Source: a virus
Length of the DNA stretch: 64,000 bases
IMG/VR virus record: IMGVR_UViG_3300045988_115142
Direction: 5' to 3' (one strand)
Shown: positions 55,024-61,801 of the stretch, one piece after another
Numbering within the stretch: position 1 is the first letter of the stretch
Layout: every line of letters starts with the position of its first letter
Translations under genes and position numbers: made by a program
The notes under the pieces: model-generated
What the model was told of the DNA's origin: nothing
Seen by the model: only the letters and a program-made list of their open reading frames with translations
Databases searched by the model: none

Positions 55024-56352
55024 TTAAGACATACCACAGTTTTGGTTATGACATGTATTAGAATAACAACCTTGGCAAGATAACTGACAAGTAGATTGAC
55101 AGTGGGTTTGACATGTGATATTACAATATCCATTATCATCCCACCAGTTGTTATATGTGTCAAGTTGTTGAGAAATTCTACGAAGATATTCAGCAATCAA
55201 TGCCCATTTAGAAGCATATACTGTTTCACCAGCATTTACATGCTCAATTGTAAAGTTTGTAGTTGGGTCAGAGACTGCTTTAGTAACACGACGTAGTGTA
55301 TTATTACAGATTTGAACTGTAGTAGCATCTTCTTGAGTGGCAATACGGAAACCGTGTAAAATAGAACGGTTTTCACAAGCTGTGGAAGAATTCGCTGGAT
55401 CGTAGTTAAGTGTACAAATACGAGCGTCTTGTTTTAATACAGCTTCCATGTTTACAACAGCTTGGAATTTCACATTATAAATAGTTTCAGCTTCTGTAAA
55501 TACAGGTACTGTTTTATCAGTATTTGCAATTTCAGCGTATGAATGGTTATGGTCTGCTGTTTCTTTAATAGAAGCTCGTTCAATTGAATATACAGTGCTA
55601 CCTACAGTAACAGCAAACCCAGACATATCTTCAGGGAAATCAGATAATTGATTTTCAAATACGATAAAGTTACTTGGATTACCGACTTTAGTAGCAGTAT
55701 CTGTAGTACCATTATATGCTTGAGCTGTTAATAAACCAATTACTTTAAAATCTTTAGTAATATTTCTACCAATGTAATGAATAGTATTGCCAGGCATATT
55801 GCCGAAATGTTCTACTTCTGCACCAGAAATAGATTTAGCGATTCTAGCATCCATATTGGAATAACCAGATACTCTAATACCTTGACCAGAAGCTGTAGTA
55901 TATTTAACAAGCTTAGAATCTAGATTAGTACTCAATACAGGAGAAGTGCCTACACCTGCATCTAGAGGAACGATCTTTTCATTTCTCCAGTAAGTACATT
56001 CTTCACGTACTTCTACTGTATTAATAGGTGCAATGGTTCTAACCAAGTCAGCTGTAGTATCGATAATAAGGTTTACATCATTAGCTTTAAGAGTACCATC
56101 TTCTTCATTTACAGAACGTTGAGCTTCTTGAAGACGTCTTTCTAAATCTGTATTTTCAATACCACTTAATTGAGCATAACGAGTACCAGTCTTTTCTTGC
56201 CAAGGATGTTCTTTAGCACGTTTAATGGAATCTCGTTCATTTAAGTTAGTTAGAATAATATCAATAATAGAGCTAAAATAAGTTCTACCTGGGAATGTCC
56301 CTTTATTAGGTTTTCTAGCTTCTACATAAATGACTTTATGTCTATTAGCCAT
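55024..56352 (-). CDS. 442-aa protein of unknown fold ending in a SCIFF/ranthipeptide-like Cys-rich tail
   Basis: AGGAGA RBS. The last 36 aa are NGYCNITCQTHCQSTCQLSCQGCYSNTCHNQNCGMS, with 8 Cys spaced CX3CX3CX3CX3CX2CX4CX4C (nt ~55027..55134). Radical SAM/SPASM genes lie on both sides. Confidence 0.8.
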   Translation of the reverse strand: MANRHKVIYVEARKPNKGTFPGRTYFSSIIDIILTNLNERDSIKRAKEHPWQEKTGTRYAQLSGIENTDLERRLQEAQRSVNEEDGTLKANDVNLIIDTTADLVRTIAPINTVEVREECTYWRNEKIVPLDAGVGTSPVLSTNLDSKLVKYTTASGQGIRVSGYSNMDARIAKSISGAEVEHFGNMPGNTIHYIGRNITKDFKVIGLLTAQAYNGTTDTATKVGNPSNFIVFENQLSDFPEDMSGFAVTVGSTVYSIERASIKETADHNHSYAEIANTDKTVPVFTEAETIYNVKFQAVVNMEAVLKQDARICTLNYDPANSSTACENRSILHGFRIATQEDATTVQICNNTLRRVTKAVSDPTTNFTIEHVNAGETVYASKWALIAEYLRRISQQLDTYNNWWDDNGYCNITCQTHCQSTCQLSCQGCYSNTCHNQNCGMS

Positions 56353-56363
56353 AATATTCTCCT

Positions 56364-56786
56364 TTATTTTCTAGCAAATTTATCTTCATCCGTTATATAA
56401 AGATCTATACGGATTTCTTTATTTGTTATACGTCGATATACCTCTTTACCGAATATAGATAAAATAAAGTATTCTAATATTTCTTTAGCCTTATCTTTAT
56501 CTATATTATTTATCTTATTAAAAGTAAGATTAATACCAACGTTAGTCGATGTCTTTACATCACTATACCCATCTTGGTCTGGGAAGTTTACAAAAGCAGA
56601 GCTTAAAGTAGAGAATTCATCTTCTTTTACTTTATATTGGATATCGTAAGTATTAGAAGTCAATCTAACTATTTTACAACTATATCCTGCTATATTTGTA
56701 ATTCTATCCAAACCAATAGAAATAGTCCAAGTACTAGGAGAATATAATTCACATTCTACACGCTTTACAGCATTTTCAGAATCCAT
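56364..56786 (-). CDS. hypothetical 140-aa protein in the rSAM cassette
   Basis: Its ATG overlaps the stop of rSAM-A (TAATG). No motif recognised. It could be a chaperone or adaptor for the modification. Confidence 0.65.
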   Translation of the reverse strand: MDSENAVKRVECELYSPSTWTISIGLDRITNIAGYSCKIVRLTSNTYDIQYKVKEDEFSTLSSAFVNFPDQDGYSDVKTSTNVGINLTFNKINNIDKDKAKEILEYFILSIFGKEVYRRITNKEIRIDLYITDEDKFARK

Positions 56787-58189
56787 TATAATTCCTCTTC
56801 TATTACTTTAGTAACAACAGCATCTTCTGGTTTAATTTGAGATAGATATAAATCTTCTACACCTTGAGCTGCTAATACTTTAGCAGATTTATCTATAATA
56901 GCATTGGTGAAGTAATCCTTAAAGGATCCAATAATATTTTCTTCACCAAGGTTTTTAATCATAGCATCTACATGAGCTAAGGATACAGTGAAAGTAAGTT
57001 CATCATTTACATCAATATTCTTAAAGACAGTATCGATATAATCTTTGATCTTAAGATTTTCAATCAAAACATTCAAAGTTCTACTACGAACGTTAGTTGC
57101 AGTAATGAATTTGTGTTGATATTTCTTAACTGCTTTTACCATAGCTCGTTTAACTGCACAGTAAGCATCAGATGGAGTATCTACATTACCAGTTTGACGA
57201 ATGTTTTCTTCAGGACAACCAGAAGCACAGATGGATTTACCGATACAAGTTTCACATTCTTCTTTAATATACTTAGCTGGGTTTACACCACCAGTAAGCA
57301 TAGAACGATCTACACCTGTATAGATATTACCAATCTTTTGATCTTCTTTGTGTTCTTTTTCAGAAGTTGGTAATTGATGACAAGGATAGATATCACCATT
57401 GATATCAAATGCACACCAACGAGTAGAACCAATTGGACACATTTGTGGTGTATATACATCTGGTTCTAATACATTAAGAAGAATCTCATCTGTATTCTTG
57501 ATAGAGAAGTTTTCTGTAGAGTTATCATCGTTTAATTTAGTAACGTATAACTCCATGAGATCTTCCATATACTTTTCAAGACCTTTGAGTTGTTCTTCAT
57601 TCCATTCTGTATCAGTTACAGGACATGGAGCAATATTAGTAAAGCCCATATCTAAGAATTCTTTAACACCATCAATAGCTTTATCAATATCTTCAGGAAG
57701 AATAGTCATACGGACTTCTACAAAGATACCAAGACCATTATCAATTAACTTCTTGATATTATCAGATACGATATCATAACTATTAGAACGATTCTTATCA
57801 TGGATTTCTTTCTTACCATCTACAGATACCAATAAATGAAGTTCATTGTCATCAATGTATTCCATAATCTCATCTGTAAGGATAGTAAGGTTGGTTGTAA
57901 CACCATAAAAGATTTCGTAACCTTTTTTATTACAATGATCGATTACATCTTTCATACATTTCCAATTTAAGAAAGGTTCACCACCAAAGAAGTTCAACAT
58001 GAACTTACCATGGGATTCTTTATTTCTACTATTGTATGCTTTATCTACAATATCAATAGCAGTTTTGGAATCCATCATTTCTGGTTGTTTATTATGCTCG
58101 AAGCAGTATATACAGCTAAGATTGCAGTTATTAGTAACGTTGATTGTAATGGAGTCGCACTTATAGACATCCTCAAACTTTTCTAACAT
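56786..58189 (-). CDS. radical SAM / SPASM-domain protein with ~115-aa C-terminal extension (rSAM-A, 467 aa)
   Basis: CNLSCIYC (CX3CX2C) at residues 22-29, an FFGGEPFL motif, CAFDINGDIYPC, and CETCIGKSICASGC (CX2CX5CX3C) followed by a downstream YCAV. AAGGAGA RBS. Confidence 0.85.
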   Translation of the reverse strand: MLEKFEDVYKCDSITINVTNNCNLSCIYCFEHNKQPEMMDSKTAIDIVDKAYNSRNKESHGKFMLNFFGGEPFLNWKCMKDVIDHCNKKGYEIFYGVTTNLTILTDEIMEYIDDNELHLLVSVDGKKEIHDKNRSNSYDIVSDNIKKLIDNGLGIFVEVRMTILPEDIDKAIDGVKEFLDMGFTNIAPCPVTDTEWNEEQLKGLEKYMEDLMELYVTKLNDDNSTENFSIKNTDEILLNVLEPDVYTPQMCPIGSTRWCAFDINGDIYPCHQLPTSEKEHKEDQKIGNIYTGVDRSMLTGGVNPAKYIKEECETCIGKSICASGCPEENIRQTGNVDTPSDAYCAVKRAMVKAVKKYQHKFITATNVRSRTLNVLIENLKIKDYIDTVFKNIDVNDELTFTVSLAHVDAMIKNLGEENIIGSFKDYFTNAIIDKSAKVLAAQGVEDLYLSQIKPEDAVVTKVIEEEL

Positions 58190-58225
58190 GTGTTCTATCT
58201 CCTTGATCGAATAAATTAAATATTA

Positions 58226-58255
58226 ATATTAATCTAATGTCTCCGGAGTAGTTAA
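58226..58255 (-). promoter_or_regulatory. candidate promoter TTAACT-(18 nt)-TAATAT for the rSAM cassette
   Basis: Read on the minus strand between terminator 58263..58288 and the rSAM-A start. The match to consensus is moderate only. Confidence 0.3.
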
Positions 58256-58262
58256 AAACTAT

Positions 58263-58288
58263 ACCAGTAGCCAATATTGGCTACTGGT
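58263..58288 (-). terminator. palindromic hairpin accagtagCCAATATTGGctactggt
   Basis: Perfect 26-nt palindrome 12 nt after the stop of 58301..58753. Its 18-nt core is identical to that of 563..588. Confidence 0.65.
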
Positions 58289-58300
58289 TATAATAGTCTT

Positions 58301-58753
58301 TTATTTCTTAAAAGTTATATGTTTGTATTCAGCACCTTTACCTTCTTTATAGAAGAGACCGTGGTCATTTTTATCACCATCTAAACGAGCATAACGAATA
58401 ACTTTACCGAAGTAAAATTTAACTACGTTTTCTTCTTTAGCACCACGGATGGATTTGAATAATTGAATGGATTTAGATTTCAAAGAACCGATCTTGAAAG
58501 AGGATGGAGCTGCTGCTTCATTTTTAGTTTCAATTTCTTCTTTCAATGCTACAATAGTAGCAGATTTAGCTTTAACCAAATCTTCTAATTCTTCAATTTG
58601 AGCTTCAGCTTCTGCTAATTCAGATTGAGCTTGTTCTAAAGCTTCAGCTGTTTTCTTATTAGAATTAGTAAGATCTTCGATAGTTTGGAACACGATCAGA
58701 TCATGTTCTTTCTTAGTTACACCACCGAAAAATTTAATCAGAGAGTCAAACAT
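58301..58753 (-). CDS. hypothetical protein with central coiled coil (150 aa)
   Basis: AAGGAGAA RBS and the heptad-like segment AEALEQAQSELAEAEAQIEELEDLVKAK. Confidence 0.7.
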   Translation of the reverse strand: MFDSLIKFFGGVTKKEHDLIVFQTIEDLTNSNKKTAEALEQAQSELAEAEAQIEELEDLVKAKSATIVALKEEIETKNEAAAPSSFKIGSLKSKSIQLFKSIRGAKEENVVKFYFGKVIRYARLDGDKNDHGLFYKEGKGAEYKHITFKK

Positions 58754-58763
58754 AAAATTCTCC

Positions 58764-59699
58764 TTATTTAAAATCTACAGTAAATTTACGGATATTAGTA
58801 TCACAGTGTTTGTTACGAACGTCTTGTTGCCATACCCATAACGATACTCTTACTTTACCAGCAGGTACTTTTGTTTTGAATGTACCGACATGGAAGTTTT
58901 TGTATTGTGTAGGAGTCATGATAGGGGCAAAGTATGGATCAGAGCCACTTCGTCTACCTGTCTCCCAGATAGGGACGTTATTTACCCGAACTTCAAAGTT
59001 ATAGAATGAGTTATATGGACCAGATTTATATCCATTGTAACCTAACCAGATTTCTGTATTGATATCTAATGTAATATCTGTTGCGTTATCAAACCATGTT
59101 TCAACGAATACTGCTTCATTGTAAGCAATATTGGAATGGTTTGTATATTGATGATATTCTTTATTAGAAGAAAGTTGTTTAGGTACCACATCAGATAGTT
59201 TGAATATACTATCACCTAAGAACATACCAGATGCCGGCATATTGACTAATGTACCAGGCATGTATCTATCATCTGTAGCATATACTCTTGTAGTATATTT
59301 CTTACCAAGAATAGAATTGAATGTCTCTTGATATTCTTTACCATCGACAATAACAACAATACGTTGTTTGTCTGTTTGAATGATATTGACTTTACAAGTT
59401 ACATCATCATCAGATACATCTACTGGTACCATTGTAATTGGCACCCATCGATTATCTTCAGTATACATATAAGGTTGTGGTAAGGAAGGATCTACATACA
59501 ACTCTTTTAATGGTTTAGGATCTGTTGGTTTACTAGGAGCTATAGTAACTCGTACATCACCAAGTAATTGTTTAATTCTCATTAAACGATTTTCTAGATC
59601 ATGAAGATCATCATATGTGAATTTTGGCTTAAACATTTCTTGAAGATCTTTAGTTAGATCTTCATATCTAATACCAGTCTCTTCACTAAAAGTCGACAT
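58764..59699 (-). CDS. fibre-associated protein: N-terminal DL..LQEMFK and PSKPTDPKPLKELYVDPS motifs plus one HQTI-type module (311 aa)
   Basis: AGGAGGG RBS. The module VNIIQTDKQRIVVIVDGKEYQETF matches those in 14040, 19269 and 29180. Confidence 0.75.
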   Translation of the reverse strand: MSTFSEETGIRYEDLTKDLQEMFKPKFTYDDLHDLENRLMRIKQLLGDVRVTIAPSKPTDPKPLKELYVDPSLPQPYMYTEDNRWVPITMVPVDVSDDDVTCKVNIIQTDKQRIVVIVDGKEYQETFNSILGKKYTTRVYATDDRYMPGTLVNMPASGMFLGDSIFKLSDVVPKQLSSNKEYHQYTNHSNIAYNEAVFVETWFDNATDITLDINTEIWLGYNGYKSGPYNSFYNFEVRVNNVPIWETGRRSGSDPYFAPIMTPTQYKNFHVGTFKTKVPAGKVRVSLWVWQQDVRNKHCDTNIRKFTVDFK

Positions 59700-59710
59700 A
59701 TAAAACCCTC

Positions 59711-60001
59711 CTAAGCGTATACAGCTTTAGCTTTTTGCCAGCCGTTATTATAAGTACACATGAAAGTATACTTAGGACCTAAAACAATTGCGATCTCTTT
59801 ATTGTTTTGAGGGTTAGGGATACTAGCTACATCGTTTACTACACTTAAACGAATACCATTTAACTTAGCTTCAATTTCAGCTACTTTATTTTTGAATGTT
59901 TCGAGATCGTCTTTAGATACGCTTCGTTTAAGCATAGCTTGTAGACTTGGGGCAAGATCGTCATAAGAAATCTTGTCATTGTCTTTAAAACTAGCCATCA
60001 T
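59711..60001 (-). CDS. small fibre-associated protein with YDDLAPSLQAMLK motif (96 aa)
   Basis: AGGAGG RBS. There are two adjacent ATGs (60001 and 59998), so the start is uncertain by one codon. This is the first gene of the minus-strand block. Confidence 0.7.
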   Translation of the reverse strand: MMASFKDNDKISYDDLAPSLQAMLKRSVSKDDLETFKNKVAEIEAKLNGIRLSVVNDVASIPNPQNNKEIAIVLGPKYTFMCTYNNGWQKAKAVYA

Positions 60002-60059
60002 TACACCTCCTATTTTTTAATGATATATTAAGATTATTAGTATGTTCGGCGGAGTTAGT

Positions 60060-60088
60060 TTAACATTTTTATAAGGACTGACTATTTA
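60060..60088 (+). promoter_or_regulatory. candidate promoter TTAACA-(17 nt)-TATTTA in the divergent intergenic region
   Basis: Read on the plus strand about 45 nt upstream of the 60131 start. Weak -10. Confidence 0.3.
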
Positions 60089-60130
60089 AATTTATGCTAA
60101 TTCCAATTCTAAGGAGGTGGAAATAGATAT

Positions 60131-61225
60131 ATGAGTATAAGACGTCGGCTGTGTACTTGGCATAGAATATTAATGCAAAATGTGTTGCTCCGTAGACGAT
60201 TGATGATTATTCTTTCTCTACTTCCAGCGATAATTTTAATAATTTTATGTAATAATATCTATGTCGATATTTATGAGTACAAAACTAATTATCAAGCTAC
60301 TGTTACACGATTAGAAGATACAAAAAATAAACATATCGACGATATTATCAATAACCGTAAAGCAGATATGCAGTTGCAGAATGCTTATACTATTGGATAT
60401 ATCCAACACCAGTTACGAGATGATTATGGTAAGAAAGATCTATTGACTATTGAAAAAGAGCTTCATTCTAATGATAAGAATACAGCTTTATTCTCAGTCT
60501 ATTATGATGCTTTAAAACAGGATAATAGTAATACTAGATCATACGGTTCAGATAAACAAGAACGTTTATTCTTAGCTGATAAAGATAGAATCATTATCAG
60601 CCCTAAGAATGTAACGGAAGATTTATTTGTCCCATGGGCTGATGTTATTAATAAATCCCCAAATAAAGAATTAGAAAAGAATGTAATCACATCTATCTTA
60701 ACAGAAGATAGAACAGGCGATTCTACCGACGATGATATTCTATTTATTCCAGAGAAAAATATGCCAAATAGTATCGTTGAGTATAACAAGAGACTTAAAG
60801 ATTCGGATGGCAATCATTTAGAAATTACTAAACCTGGGATAGAAAATATCAATATACTTATTGATAGTGGTGGTATCACTGCTCTCAAAGGCTATGATCT
60901 TTTAGTACCAAGTTATTTTGATGCTGGATATACGCTTACTAAGAATGATCCTAATGGTAATATTTCTCATAAATTAATTCTATTACGTAGTTCTAATTTA
61001 TTTGAAATCATTAAACCATATGAAAGTTATATAACTACATATAATGATTTAATCAAGGATTATAAAGAGAAGACTGAATCTGCTATCATTAGCAAGATTG
61101 CAACATGTATAGTTATTTCTGTTTTCTTGATTACTTTATTTAGTATTTGTTTGTATATTATTTCTAATTCCTGCCGCTTCGAATCTATTAAAGATAGTAG
61201 AAAAGGCGGTAATATAAATGGATAA
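60131..61225 (+). CDS. bitopic/double-anchored membrane protein with a large extracytoplasmic domain (364 aa)
   Basis: AAGGAGGTGG RBS. N-terminal TM (LMIILSLLPAIILIILC) and C-terminal TM (IATCIVISVFLITLFSICLYII) flank ~290 aa. This resembles a sensor ectodomain layout with no output domain. Confidence 0.75.
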   Translation: MSIRRRLCTWHRILMQNVLLRRRLMIILSLLPAIILIILCNNIYVDIYEYKTNYQATVTRLEDTKNKHIDDIINNRKADMQLQNAYTIGYIQHQLRDDYGKKDLLTIEKELHSNDKNTALFSVYYDALKQDNSNTRSYGSDKQERLFLADKDRIIISPKNVTEDLFVPWADVINKSPNKELEKNVITSILTEDRTGDSTDDDILFIPEKNMPNSIVEYNKRLKDSDGNHLEITKPGIENINILIDSGGITALKGYDLLVPSYFDAGYTLTKNDPNGNISHKLILLRSSNLFEIIKPYESYITTYNDLIKDYKEKTESAIISKIATCIVISVFLITLFSICLYIISNSCRFESIKDSRKGGNING

Positions 61226-61706
61226 AGATCTCTACTCGGTAGTTTTGTCATTAGATTCGATCGTTATCTTTATAGCAATTCTTATTGTATGCTGGCTTGG
61301 AAGTTTGGCAAAGGACTTTATAATTGTATTTAAAGGTGAAGAAAAGAGATATATGCATCTTACCTTTAAATATAGAGCAACGAGAATAGCTTTCTCTACT
61401 GCTACATCTACATTATTAACCTTTGCTTTATCTGATACAATAATAGACCACATTGGTTTCAAGGGTTTATTATTTATTTCCCTAATGGTTGGTATAGTTG
61501 GATTTGAAGTTCTTGAACGGATATCCACACTAAATAGGATTATTGAATTAATCGATTTGATCGTATTTAAACGTTCTGCGGATGTTAGGGATTATAAGGA
61601 TGCTGTTAATGATAATCAACAAAAAGTTATCATTAAGAAAATCTATATCAACGATTCTGATAAGAAGAAGTATATAGATGATGATGATGAAGATGACGAA
61701 ACATAG
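61218..61706 (+). CDS. multi-pass membrane protein with a highly charged, acidic C-terminus (162 aa); holin-like architecture
   Basis: Overlaps the upstream gene by 8 nt. About 3 hydrophobic helices, and a C-terminus ending DDDDEDDET. Confidence 0.7.
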   Translation: MDKDLYSVVLSLDSIVIFIAILIVCWLGSLAKDFIIVFKGEEKRYMHLTFKYRATRIAFSTATSTLLTFALSDTIIDHIGFKGLLFISLMVGIVGFEVLERISTLNRIIELIDLIVFKRSADVRDYKDAVNDNQQKVIIKKIYINDSDKKKYIDDDDEDDET

Positions 61707-61709
61707 TAT

Positions 61710-61743
61710 TGTTCTATAGGCTTGGAAAATGACCTATAGAACA
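61710..61743 (+). terminator. hairpin tgttctatagg-N12-cctatagaaca
   Basis: 11-bp stem starting 4 nt after the stop at 61706. The downstream T tract is weak. Confidence 0.45.
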
Positions 61744-61801
61744 TTACTATAAATTCTTAAAAGAATTGATATCAATTTTTTATTAAAGGAGGATATTTAA
61801 T

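Noticed and set aside
54999-55196. A 65-aa minus-strand ORF overlapping the Cys-rich tail region, which could be an independent small precursor peptide.
   Set aside because: It is in a different frame from the Cys-rich sequence, has no RBS and has a hydrophobic, junk-like composition. The Cys-rich motif is clearly in frame with the 442-aa ORF.
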